From NCBI RefSeq assembly GCF_006345805.1, contig NC_043011.1:53084464-53148463 (forward strand): 64,000 nt of DNA, read 5' to 3'. The notes under the pieces were generated by a model that saw only the letters and a list, made by a program, of their open reading frames with translations, was not told where the DNA came from and made no database searches. The position numbers and the translations under genes are program-made. The stretch's first letter is position 1. Each line of letters begins with the position of its first letter. The DNA comes from Octopus sinensis. Lineage: Eukaryota. This document shows, piece by piece, positions 13,291 to 25,678 of this stretch.

Positions 13291-13297
<7 letters not shown>

Positions 13298-13378
<81 letters not shown>

Positions 13379-13383
13379 GAGAG
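13298..13383. repeat. (GA)n microsatellite
   Basis: Direct inspection. Confidence 0.95.
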
Positions 13384-13498
13384 GTGGTCACAGCTGAAAT
13401 ACCATTCAATCATAGGTCTACTTGATCAGAGCTGACCTGGGGTTAAACAACAACAACATGCATCTGACAAATATCCAAAATAACAAAAAATAGGTGTA

Positions 13499-13688
13499 TT
13501 ATATAGTTATTTCCCTTACAAACCCGAGCAACGCCAGGCGATACTGCTAGTACTCTATAATAAGCTTTGTTTATTATGAAGTATTGTATGTGTGCATGTG
13601 GCATACGTGAGTGTGTGTGTATATATGTGTGCATGTGTATACATACATATATACTCTTTACTCTTTACTTGTTTCAGTCATTTGACTG
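13499..13688 (+). repeat. Left arm of a 190-bp perfect inverted duplication (Helitron 3' end + flank + SINE-B tail)
   Basis: Reverse complement of 14749-14938; ORFs 13567-13749(+) and 14688-14870(-) identical through FQSFDC. Confidence 0.93.
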
Positions 13689-14043
13689 CAGCCATGCTGG
13701 AGCACCACATTTAGTTGAACAAATCGACCCCAGGATTTATTCTTTGTAAGCTGAGTACTTATTCTATCAGTCTCTTTTGCTGAACTGCTAAGTTATGGGG
13801 ACGTAAACACACCAACATCGATTGTCAAGCAATGGTCAGGGGACAAACAGTGACACACAAACATATATATATATATACACAATGGGCTTCTTTCAGTTTC
13901 CATCTATCAAATCCACTCACAAGTCTTTGGTCTGCCCAAGGCTAAAGTAGAAGACACTTGCCCAATGTGCCACACAGTGGGACTGAACCCAGAACTACGT
14001 GGTTTGGTAAGCAAGCTACTTACCACTCAGCCACTCCTGTGCC
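13652..14043 (-). mobile_element. SINE family B, full length
   Basis: Head taccactcagccactcctgtgcc (reverse), core and tail present. Confidence 0.9.
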
Positions 14044-14539
14044 TATATATAAGAAACAAGTTAAATATAATGGTCATTACATATTTTCCCTTTACTGGGG
14101 CAAATTTGGCTTACAGCTGTTTCAAGTAGTAATTATAGGTACAATAGACCAATTGAGTAAACTTATCAATAATGTACCTATAATGACGACTGGAAACAGC
14201 TGTAAGCCAAATTTTCTCCAATAAAGGGAAGATATGTAATAACCATTATTTTTAACTTATGTCTTATATAGCACACTTTGTAAAAACCAGTCTGTTTGGA
14301 GCCCACCCACTGATTTACAATATAGAGTTGTGATGAGCCATAAATTTGGACTCTAGCACAAGATCACCTGGAGTTCTTCATGAATCAAAGTAATGTTGTT
14401 ACCTGGTGTGCCAACAGAGAGCTTATGAAGTATTTTACTTGGATTGATAATCCCTCCCTATACACAGACAGGCAGGAAGTAAATAGACACCTTTAATTTT
14501 CAAAATCTTTTATTTAATTGTTCGCAATTATATATATGT

Positions 14540-14785
14540 ATATGTGTGTGTATATGTTTGTGTGTCTGTGTATATGTTTGTGTGTCTGTGCTTGTCCCCC
14601 AACATCACTTGACAACCGATGCTGGTGTGTTTACATCCCCGTAACTTAGCAGTTCAGCAAAAGAGACCGATAGAATAAGTACTAAGCTTACAAAGAATAA
14701 GTCTTGGGGTTGATTTCTTCAACTAAAGGCAGTGCTCCAGCATGGCCACAGTCAAATGACTGAAACAAGTAAAGAGTAAAGAGTA
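14540..14785 (+). mobile_element. SINE family B, 3' half
   Basis: cttgacaaccgatgctggtgtgtttac...cagtcaaatgactgaaacaagtaaagag. Confidence 0.9.
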
Positions 14786-14886
14786 TATATGTATGTATAC
14801 ACATGCACACATATATACACACACACTCACGTATGCCACATGCACACATACAATACTTCATAATAAACAAAGCTTATTATAGAGTA

Positions 14887-15271
14887 CTAGCAGTATCGCC
14901 TGGCGTTGCTCGGGTTTGTAAGGGAAATAACTATATAAGCATTTTTAGAGAGTTATAGCCAAAAAATAGCAAAAAAACGGAAAAAAATTATGGTAAATTT
15001 TTTTTTAAATCGTTGACTCATCGTAGACATTTTTAGAGAGTTACTTCCCTTATATAATAGCGAAAAAATGCATTAAAATGGAAAAAAATGATGGTAAATT
15101 TTTTTTAAATCATAGACTCATCGTAGACGCGCGCTAATACCCAGAAGGGCTCAATATGAATCACAACTATAAGATACCCGGTTTTGGTTAAACTGCACCG
15201 CAAAATGTGGGAGTAGTTAGGAATCTAAATCGTAGGAGACAGACACACAACTTCACTTTTATATATAAAGA
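14887..15271 (-). mobile_element. Non-autonomous Helitron, complete (385 bp)
   Basis: Minus strand A|TCTTTATATATAAAAGTGAAGTTGTGTG ... CCCGAGCAACGCCAGGCGATACTGCTAG|T: 5' TC, subterminal GC-rich hairpin-like segment, 3' CTAG, A|T insertion site, no TSD. Confidence 0.88.
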
Positions 15272-15886
15272 TATGATTTTCTCTGTGTTTATCATATTTA
15301 TTGACTGTCAGTATATAGTATTCTGTTTATATTCTTAGATTCTGATTGTATGACATGTAGATTTATCGAAATCAAAGATTTTGTTTTTTCAAAGCATCCC
15401 ACGAATGTGACACAAGTTCCAACAAAATTCTGTGACAGTTGTGTACAGAATCCTTTTCACATTCTTCTTTGTGTCAACTTGCTTCATAAATTTACAGCAT
15501 TGTGTGACATTTCTCATTTCCCGTCAGTAGCATGAGTTATGCAACGAATGATACAATTTCCATTAACTTCCTATGAGTGGTTCTATCTTGGAACTGATTT
15601 AAAAATCTTCACCGATGATTCTATTATAACATTATAATTGGTCTTTTCAATGACGTTTCTCGGATTTTTTTTGCTATTTTCTTTTATTGGAGTAAATTGC
15701 TAATTCCCATCAGATGTTTAATTCAGCCAACTTCCTCATTTTCAGGTATTTCACAGCATTCTATCTCCTTACCATTATTAAGGGTTCTTTCCTCTGTATT
15801 ATCATTTGCCAATTTTTCTCTTTATTCTCTCTTTCTCTGGAAATTTTCTCACTTTTAAATAAACATTTTTATCTTCAGTTTATTTG

Positions 15887-15943
<57 letters not shown>

Positions 15944-16620
15944 TTTTAATTCTACACATATTCCCAAAACTCATTGGCTACAACAATGGCTTGTCAACTT
16001 GCTTTCATTTCAGCCACATTCATTTCAGCTAATCTTTTCTTAAATTTCTGTACAAAGCCTTAATTTCAGCTTTAAACCTTGCGATCTAGTCAAGTGTCTT
16101 TTATTATGTCAGGATCGCGAACCAATAGAACTTTTAAAGCTGTAGCCACAAATTAAATTGTCATGATGGAATTCAATGAAACCATTATGAGCAAGTGACA
16201 TCCTGCTGAGCCTTTATCGAGTTGTTCTTCTAAGGCAAATTCATGCTTGCCAAATTCTCAATCTCAGCTACATGCTTCTCAATCTTGACTCTTCATCCTT
16301 GCAGATAAATACCAAATTTTTGTTATGTTGGTCTTGTTATAATTCTCCTCAGTCCTTCTAAGCTATCTGTTTTCAATTAGTGCCTTGGAAAATATAAAAA
16401 AAAATTGTAAATAAGTAAGATAATATGTATATAGTAAGACTTCATGCAGATGATGGTTTGTAATACACATGTATTATGGAAGGACTTGGAAATATATTCT
16501 TCATTTATTAGAATTTCCAACAGGAGTATATCGTCATAGGAAAGAAATAATTTTTAGAAATAAATATAGGTGGGAGGCACAACAAGGAGTTTTTACTGCA
16601 TTTTTGACTAAGAAAAAAAA

Positions 16621-17175
16621 GAGTGGCTGTGTGGTAAGTAGCTTGCTTATGAAGCAAATGGTTCTGGGTTCAGTCCCACTGCATGGCACCTTGGGCAAGT
16701 GTCTTCTACTATAGCCTCGGGCCGACCAAAGCCTTGTGAGTGGATTTGGTAGACGGAAACTGAAAGAAGCCCGTCGTATCATCATCATCATCATCATTTA
16801 GTGTCCGCTTTCCATGCTAGCATGGGTTGGATGGTTCAACTGGGGTCTGTGAAGCCAGAAGGCTGCATCAGGCCCAGTCTGATCTGGCAGTGTTTGTACA
16901 GCTGGATGCCCTTCCTGTATGTGTGTATATATACACACATAATTATATATGTATGTGTATATGTTTGTGTGTCTGTGTTTGTCACCGCAACATCGTTTGA
17001 CAACCGATGCTGGTGTGTTTACTTCCCCGTAACTTAGTGGTTTGGCAAAAGAGACTGATAGAATAAGTACTAGGCTTACAAAGAATAAGTCCTGGGGTCA
17101 ATTTGCTCGACTAAAGGCAGTGCTCCAGCATGGCCACAGTCAAATGACTGAAACAAGTAAAAGAGAGTAAAGAGT
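16621..17175 (+). mobile_element. SINE family B interrupted by an RTE 3'-end copy
   Basis: Head gagtggctgtgtgg to tail gaaacaagtaaaagag; insertion at 16787-16917. Confidence 0.9.
16787..16917 (-). mobile_element. RTE LINE 3'-end copy (family C), short
   Basis: (cat)n + gtccgctttccatgctagcatgggttgg...ggatgcccttcct. Confidence 0.88.
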
Positions 17176-17820
17176 AAATGTTCACTACCTTGCAAAACCT
17201 ATATCAGCTAAGCAAATGACCTTCCCTAAATGCATTAAAAACACTATTCTCTTTGAGACGAATTTAACCGGGGCAAAATGAGTAAGCTAAGATAAGGTAA
17301 ATTTGCCTCTGCAATTCTCCAGAATTACTCTTGGAAACAGATTCATACACTTCAATATCCATCCTTAGATATTAGAAAGATTTAGAATATCCAGGTCAAA
17401 TGACAGAGGGTCATGGAAAAATGGCACATGATATGAAATTAACAAAGCTTGACTAAATAAAAGTCTCAGCATAAAATATTCTCTGTAGTTTCTTTACTAT
17501 CTGCTGGAATGGCTCTCTTTCTGATATATTTATACACCATGAAGTTAACGAGAATAAATTATTGCAATTAGTCATTACTTATTTTACTCCATTTTAGACC
17601 TCATCTTTTGAAAATTGAAAATTATCAAATTAGACATTAATGTGGGGAAAAAAAGTGACTGGGAATCCAACCAAGAAAAGAATGTTGATTGTTAAACACA
17701 AAAAATTATATTCAGATATTTTGTTAGTAATCTCAATTGAATCAAAGATGAGGAAGAATTTCTTGGAAAAAAAAAGTACCTGTCATCTGACTATGTTCCA
17801 AACTCTCTCTGCTTTAACAA

Positions 17821-18410
17821 CTAGCAGTATTACCTGGCGTTGCTCGGGTTTGTTTCGACCCTTTAGAATTGGAATTTTTGAAAAGTAAAAATTTATGTAG
17901 CTTGTTGTTCTCTTTAAGTGAACATTTTTCTGGTTGTGCGGGGGGGGGGGGCACGTAAAAAGCACCCACTACACTCACGGAGTGGTTGGCGTTAGGAAGG
18001 GCATCCAGCCGTAGAAACACTGCCAGATTTGACTGGGCCTGATGAAGCCTTCTGGCTTCACAGACCTCAGTAGAACCGTCCAACCCATGCTAGCATGGAA
18101 AACGGATGCTAAACGATGATGATGATGATGATGATGATGAAATACACCGAAAAATGGTGACACAGCAGTCAAAAAATCGTAAAAAATAGGGATTTTCATA
18201 GAAAAAAAAGCACCTTTTTGATGTAAATAATTTTTGTTGTTAACATGGTCCGATTTGAATTTTTTCTTCTACGGAAGGAAGAGCAAGCCTTCTTCTATCA
18301 TACTCTCAATTTTGGTCAACTTGCGTCACAGGGTCTCGGAGGAGATAGTGTTAGTTGAAGGCTACCAAACCTGCCATACACAGACAACTTCAGCTTTATA
18401 TATAGAGAGA
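17821..18410 (-). mobile_element. Non-autonomous Helitron with nested RTE 3'-end copy
   Basis: A|TCTCTCTATATATAAAGCTGAAGTTG ... CCCGAGCAACGCCAGGTAATACTGCTAG|T; termini match 14887-15271. Confidence 0.85.
17950..18140 (+). mobile_element. RTE LINE 3'-end copy (family C)
   Basis: gcacgtaaaaagcacccactacactcacgg...aaacgatgatgatg. Confidence 0.9.
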
Positions 18411-19307
18411 TAACAACTATGCTGACTAATTTTTACTTGTAAAGATGATGCAGCAGTACAAAGTTATGATGCAATACTTGCAATGTAATTATTTCAAACA
18501 GGAAGAGAAAAAATAATCAGAAATCAGAAATTACTCATTTTACCCCACTCCCCAATTCAAGGGGAGCACGTCGATGTGCATTGAGAAAACATTTGAAGTT
18601 ATCAGCACTAATCATCCAGTGAAAGAAACTGGTTATTATAAATAGTGAAGCTGAACCTCAATTCTATTTCATATGCACACACACACGCACACATCAAAGA
18701 TTGCTTTTATTCCACAGCATTTCTCTCGGGAGCGACTGTTTTTCGAAGCCTCATATTGTTGTTAATTGCTCAAAATGTGGAGTAGATGAACAGCCGACAA
18801 CTGATGAAGGGTCGTTCTTTATGTTACTTGTCTTGTTTTCCATTTGTTTCTCTTGTTGTGCGCATATTTTAGTTTGCTTTCGTATTTCATGTTGTTTATG
18901 TTTTGTGACATCCTGTACCCATATGTGCATATATATATATATATATATATATACAAAATGAGAAAATGGAGAAATATATCTAAATCAATCATCAACTACC
19001 AGATAATACCGAATCATATACTTTATTAAAACACTACACAATAGCAATGAGATTAGACATTAATACAGTACAATAATTACAATCAATATGATGAGATATA
19101 ACTAAATAAATATAACAAGATATAAAAATACATATACATTATAAGTGACAGCTGTTTCGGCCATGAAGATAGGTATCGCAATTTTTAACATTTATGTATT
19201 AGCCTTGTGGGTACTTCTCTAGCAGTATATTGGATATATGTTATCCCATGGAGGGTTGAATTTACAACCCCTATCTCATTTTATATATATATACATATAT
19301 ATGTATG

Positions 19308-20307
19308 TATCATCATCATCGTTTAACGTCCGTTTTCCATGCTAGCATGGGTTGGACGGTTCAACTGGGGTCTGGGGAGCCCGAAGGCGCACCGGCAGTC
19401 AGTCTGGCAGGTTTCTACAGCGGATGCCCTTCCTAACGCCAACCACTCCGAGAGTGTAGCAGGTGATTTTATGTGCACACGACACAGGTGCCAGACGAGG
19501 CTGGCGAACGGCCACGCTCGGATGGTGTTTTTATGTGCCACCGACACAGGTGCCAGATGAGGCTGGTGAACGGCCACGATCGGATGGTGTTTGTCACAGC
19601 ACGGAGGCCAGTCGATGCAGTACTGGCTACGGCCACGTTCGGATGGTTTTCTTGTGTGCCACCGGCACTGGTACCACAAAGATACAAATTCCATTGATGT
19701 TCATCTATTTTGATTTTGTTTGATTTTCACTTGCCTCAACAGGTTTTCACAAGTGTCACAAGAAGGAAGGTATGCAAGGTGGACTGACTACGTCCCAGGT
19801 AGGGGCCACGGGTTATGGCCTGACTAATCTTCCGAGTCTTCTCACGCACAGCATACTTCCATAGGTCTCGGTCTCTAGTCATTTCCTTGGTGAGACTAAA
19901 GTTCGAAGGTCGTGCTTCACCACCTCGTCCCAGGTTTCCTGGGTCTACCTCTTCCACAGGTTCCCTCAACTGCTAGGGTGTAGCACTTTTGCACACAACT
20001 ATCTTCAGCCATTCTTGTCACATGACCATACCAGCGCAGCCGTCTCTCTTGCACACCACAACTGACGCTTCTTAGGTTCAACTTTTCTCTCAAGGTACTT
20101 ACACTCTGACGATTATGAACACTGACATTACACATCCATCGGAGCATACTGGCTTCATTTCTTGCGAGCTTACGCATATCCTCAGCAGTCACGGCCCATG
20201 TTTCACTACCATGTAGCATGGCTGTACGTACACATGCATCATACAGTCTGCCTTTTACTCTGAGCGAGAGGCCTTTTGTCACCAGCAGGGGTAAGAGCTC
20301 TCTAAAC
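19308..20307 (-). mobile_element. 5'-truncated RTE-clade LINE: ORF C-terminus + 3' UTR with tandem units + (GAT)n tail
   Basis: FRELLPLL.TKGLSLRVKGRLYDACVRTAMLHGSETW...RRLRWYGHVTRM...GRGRPRK, frameshift, then LTKEMTRDRDLWKYAVREK; contiguous with the family C tail. Confidence 0.93.
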
Positions 20308-20332
20308 TTTATATATGCATATATGTGTATGT

Positions 20333-20790
20333 ATCATCATCATCGTTTAACGTCCGTTTTCCATGCTAGCATGGGTTGGACGGTTCAACTGGGGTCTGGG
20401 AAGCCAGAAGGCTGCGCCAGGCCCAGTCTGATATGGCAGTGTTTGTACGGCTGGATGCCCTTCCTAACGCCAACCACTCCGTGAGTGTAGTGGGTGCTTT
20501 TTACGTGCCAGACGAGGCTGGCCATGGCCATGATCGGTTGGTGATTTTTACGTGCCACCGGCACAGAAGCCAGTCAAGGCGGCGCTGGCATCGGCCACGT
20601 TTGGATGGTGCTTTTTATGTGCCACCGGCATAGGTATCACAACTACGATTTCCATTGATTTTTGATGTTGATGTACTTGACTCAATAGGTCTCCTCAAGC
20701 ACAGGGTCGAAACGGTGTTTCTTTACTTGCCACCTGCACAGGAGTCAGTCCAGCAGCACTGGCAACGACCGGGTGCCAGTCATCAAATTT
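20333..20790 (-). mobile_element. RTE LINE 3' UTR copy (family C)
   Basis: Same tail and tandem gtgccaccggcac units. Confidence 0.9.
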
Positions 20791-20814
20791 AGTTCAATTT
20801 GTATATATATATAT

Positions 20815-21440
20815 ATGACCTTCGAACTTTAGGTCTCACCAAGGAAATGACTAGAGACCAAGACCTATGGAAGTATGCTGTGTGTGAGAAGACCCAGCAA
20901 GACCAGTGAGAACAATCAAAATCAAAATCAAACCAAATCAAATCAGATATCAGAAAGCAGAACCAAAATTGAGGTCGATCAACATCAGTGGATATTGCAG
21001 TTGTGGTTAACCGAACCATCCGATCGTGGCCGTTGCTGGCGCCGCCCCGTTTGGCCTCCGTGCCGGTGGCACGTAAAAACACCATCTGTTTGTGTCTGTT
21101 GCCAGCCTCGCCTGGCCCCCATGCCGGTGGCACCTAAAAGCACCATCCGTTCGTCTCCATTGCCAGCCTCGCCTGGCCCCGTGCCGGTGGCACGTAAAGG
21201 CACCATCCGTTCGTGGCCGTTTGCCAGCTCCGTCTGGCACCTGTGCGGGTGGCACGTAAAAAGCACCCACTACACCACGGAGTGGTTGGCGTTAGGAAGG
21301 GCATCCAACCGTAGAAACACTGCCAGATCAGGACTGGGCCTGATGCAGCCTTCCGGCTTCACAGACCCCAGTTGAACCGTCCAACCCATGCTAGCATGGA
21401 AAGCGGACGCTAAATGATGATGACGATGATGATGATGATA
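20815..21440 (+). mobile_element. RTE LINE copy: last codons (DLRTLGLTKEMTRDQDLWKYAVCEK) + 3' UTR
   Basis: Matches ORF end of 19308-20307, followed by four tandem units and a (gat)n tail. Confidence 0.9.
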
Positions 21441-22399
21441 TATGTATGTATATATATATCTTTCTTTCTTTATAGTCAGTATGTCAGTTTTCTTTCTCAT
21501 ACTAGTGTCTTTGCCATCTTCTGATGACCGACATGTGGATATACAAGTTTATATTTTTGTAGTTAGCAACTAGAATCACGATATCATGCTCAGAAATGTG
21601 TGTGTGTGTGTGTCTGCTTTTAATTCATTTTTTTCTTAAAATTCAAACGTCAAGCGTTTAAGGCAAGAACATCATTACAGACTAACAAACTTTATATGTT
21701 TGATGAAACAAAAGAAAAAAAGAACGTTTAAATGTTTTTGCTGTTAAATCATTTGGTTGCTTCTATGAGTTGGAAAATTTTATTCATGGCTGCATCTTTA
21801 ACATTGGTAACATTCTGAAAATTGACTTTAATATTTTATCTCTCTCAATCTGGTAATTTTTATATTGAATTATGCATAATGCCATAAACTTCACTGAATA
21901 GACTCTACAACAACATAACGGCAATTCCATAAGACCTGTTCATGATAGTCTATAATTTAGAGGAATATAACCCGTATGTAGCCAACAAAATCTTTGTTTA
22001 TTTGTATTGTTCAGTAACTGATAGGTTTTATAAGATAATAAATCTGGTTAAGATAATGGAAGATTAAAGTTTGATAGTTTATCTATTGATTCTTACCAAC
22101 ATTTTCCCCACACTTGATGTATTTTGCTTTTACTAAATGATTTTACTTGGGCCAGATTTTAGAAAGTAGTCTATATTTATTATTTATTTTTGAATGGCCT
22201 GTCTTTATTTTTCTATTGTCTTATTGCTTCGGACGTCATTATATATTATCATATTATCGTTTTGGACATGAATTTATTCATCTTTATTGAGCATTGTGCC
22301 CAAAACTTTACACAAAGAATTATTTTCATTATATTTGCGAGATATTTATAATTGCTATTATGATATATATATAAATAATAGATAGATATGTATGTAAAC

Positions 22400-22427
22400 G
22401 TGTTTTATATATATACATATAATAATA

Positions 22428-22475
<48 letters not shown>

Positions 22476-22875
22476 TATATATATAATATTATATATATAT
22501 ATATATAATATATATATTATATATATACATATATATATATATATAGTATATATATATGTATATATATATTTTTTTTTCTTTCCTTGTTTTTACCCCTCTG
22601 CAAAGGAATTTTATTTAATTCTTTTGCAGGAAGGGCTAGTTCGGCAAGTCGTGTTCTGTCCTTACCTTCGAAACACGCATGGAGTCAAACTTGGGAAAGC
22701 TGATGAAGGGGAATTTTCCTTGTGTTGTTTGTTTTTACGTTTTCGTTTCACTTTGAGTTCTACGTCTATTTGTGGTGTCCTGTACTCATGTATATATATT
22801 ATATATGCATGTATATATACATGTAGATGTAGGTACGTAATATATGTATGTATGCATATATTTTATTTATTAAAT

Positions 22876-22946
<71 letters not shown>

Positions 22947-22955
22947 TATATAATC
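22400..22955. repeat. (TA)n arrays surrounding a short dispersed repeat
   Basis: Direct inspection. Confidence 0.85.
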
Positions 22956-23110
22956 AATTCAAACATGAACAAGCAAGAAAAAACAACAAAGCGATTATGT
23001 GGAATAAGTACAGTGTTATTGGATGCTCAGGAAAGGAAAGAAAAGAAAGAGGATTTCACGTTTCAAGCAGAGCTGGGGAAAGAAAGAAGAAAAAAGCAAA
23101 AATGCACATT
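22955..23110 (-). mobile_element. Degenerate relative of element 5201-5412
   Basis: Minus strand gctctgcttgaaacgtgaaa...tttcctgagcatccaataacactg aligns with 5295-5350. Confidence 0.6.
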
Positions 23111-23780
23111 GAATATCAAAAAAATTAAAGGCTTTTTTAATGAAAAGTAGTGATAAATAAATACAATTAGGTGAACTGAGGCCAGTGAACAGCAATGATG
23201 ACACAGGTTGACTTTGAATCTCTTTAATAATTCAAAATAATGAATTTAATTCCTCTTAATTCTACCTCAATTCATCTAATTGTATTTATTTATATCACTA
23301 CTTTTCATAAAAAAAAGCCATTATTTTTTTTATATTCAATGTGCATTTTCACTTTCTTTCTTCTTATTTCCCCCATATCTTTTCCATATGTAGTTTCTAT
23401 TTTCTTTTTGAAACCTATTTCTAATATATATATATAAATTTAAATTTAAAATAAAGGTGAAAAATTGAATATCAATTTGATTAATATCAATTTAAAACTA
23501 GTGGTCTAGCATATAGAAAAATCTGAAGATTCAGAAAAATTATGCTACATACATATAAGGGAGATGACCACTAAGTGGACATCCATTATGCTAGAAGTCG
23601 ACCTCCTATGGTCTTACCACTAAGAAAGGAATGTTCTCAAGAAAATTTAGCAAACGCCAGAACGTAAGCGAGCAAGACAGATGAAAAGATACAAAATATA
23701 CAGATTAATATCACAAACCTGTTTCGTTGTTACCTCTTACGTAGTGGTAACAATGTGGTCATCCCTTTTATATGTATATA

Positions 23781-23831
<51 letters not shown>

Positions 23832-23862
23832 ATATATATATATATATATGTATATTACGTAT

Positions 23863-24090
23863 ATTTCTTTACTACCCACAAGGGGCTAAACATAGAGGGG
23901 ACAAACAAGGACAGACAAGGAATTAAGTCGATTACATCAACCCGTATGAAACTGGTACTTTATTTATCGACCCCACAAGGATGAAAGGCAAAGTCGACCT
24001 CGGCGGAATTTGAACTCAGAACGTAACGACAGACGAAATACCGCAAAGCATTTCGCCCGGCGCACTAATGTTTCTGCCAGCTCGCCACCT
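23863..24090 (-). mobile_element. SINE family A1 monomer, full length
   Basis: ggtggcgagctggcagaaac head to gtgggtagtaaagaaat tail; probable TSD atatatgtatatta(c/t)gta. Confidence 0.93.
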
Positions 24091-25261
24091 AAATATATGT
24101 ATATTATGTAGTATTATGGAGAGAGATCCCAAACAAAGAACTCATTCAAACAAACGCATGGACTATTTTTTACTTAAACAAACTACAGCAAAAGAAGCTG
24201 ACTAGACCTGTATTTTACACTACTATGCATAATTCAGATTATTTTATTTAGTTTGTAGGTAGATTAGTATTCTATGGTTATCTCTCATCTGATTGGCAAT
24301 GTTCCGTAATGGTAACTTCCATGGGCCAGTCAGATTTTAGTCTCATTGGGTTCCTGTGCTTCAAACCCATGTTGCAAAGGTCAAAGAAAGCTAGGTAAAA
24401 GGCTACAAGTACATTATTTGTCAGTTGAGTCACAAAATAAATGTATTTTTCTATGCAGTGACGTTGTTTTGACGTACATATTCTCTAAATGGTCGATATC
24501 AAAATATCAGTCAATATTGGTTGATGCAAAACCTGATTCTGCAAATGTCACACAGATAACCATTAGCATCAGCATCATTGTCACCACCACCGCCACCACT
24601 GCTGTTATCATTGTCATCATCATCATCATCATCTACATCATCGTCATCGTTGGCATCATCATCATCATCATCATTTAACAACCATTTTCAGTGCTGGCAT
24701 GGGTTAGACAGTAGGAAAGGCACTGGCAAGTCAGAAGATTGATCCAAGCATAGTTTCTACAGTTTGATACCCTTCCTCACACCAATGTGTATCATATATT
24801 ACCTTTTAAAGTTGAAGAGAAATTTCATTGTTTTGAAGATTTATTGTAAGAAAGCAGGTTTTGACATCACACACCTGATAAAGGAAACATTAAGAAAAAA
24901 TCATTGTTTGCTCTGTAAAAATTGCAGACTTAAAGAATATGTCAATGGTGACAATATGACTGTCAATTACCCAGGAGTACAATGGATATTAGTTAATGAA
25001 AATCCTCTTGCTCTTTTCTCGCTGGCTGAGAGAGAAAAAACGAAAGGAGAAGGAGAGAAAAAAGAATTAGAGAAAGGAAGAGAGAGAAATCGAAAGGGAG
25101 AGAGAGAGAGAACAGTACAGGGTAACACACACACATATATGTATCATATATTATATATATGCATATATCTTTTAATTTTACGGGTTTCAGCCAATCTTAC
25201 ATTGAATTTGTGTGACACAGATTCAGCAGTGCTGTAACAAAACAGTTACCTTTTCTGGATA

Positions 25262-25678
25262 AAGGCGGGGAGCTGGCAGAATTGTTAGCATGCCGGGCGA
25301 AATGCGTAGCCGTATTTCGTCTGCCGTTACATTCTGAGTTCAAATTCCGCCGAGGTCGACTTTGCCTTTCATCATTTTGGGGTCGATAAATTAAGTACCA
25401 GTTACGCACTGGGGTCGATGTAATCGACTTAATCCGTTTGCCTGTCCTTGTTTGTCCTCTCTGTGTTTAGCCCCTTGTGGGTAGTAAAGAAATAGGTATT
25501 TCATCTGTCTTTACCTTCTGAGTTCAAATTCCGCAAAGGTCGACTTTTTCTTTCATCATTTTGGGGCTGATTAAATAAGTACCAGTTATACACTGGGGTC
25601 AATAAAATCGACTTAATCCGTTTGTCTGTCCTTGTTTGTCCCCTCTGTGTGTAGCCCCTTGTGGGCAGTAAAGAAATA
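25262..25678 (+). mobile_element. SINE family A dimer
   Basis: Junction aaagaaatag|gtatttc near 25495; TSD aaaacagtta(c/t)cttttctggata on both sides (about 25239-25261 / 25679-25701). Confidence 0.93.

Noticed and set aside
15300-16385. Coding-like minus-strand composition
   Set aside because: All frames interrupted and no motif recognised; could be a decayed gene or TE; tBLASTx needed
18035-18065. CTGATGA + hairpin in the RTE 3' tail
   Set aside because: No GAAA after the stem, and most copies read CTGGTGCA; not a hammerhead
19140-19215. Minus-strand ggccGAAACAGCTGTC half-hammerhead
   Set aside because: Palindromic helix III and GUC present, but no CUGANGA core or matching stem I upstream
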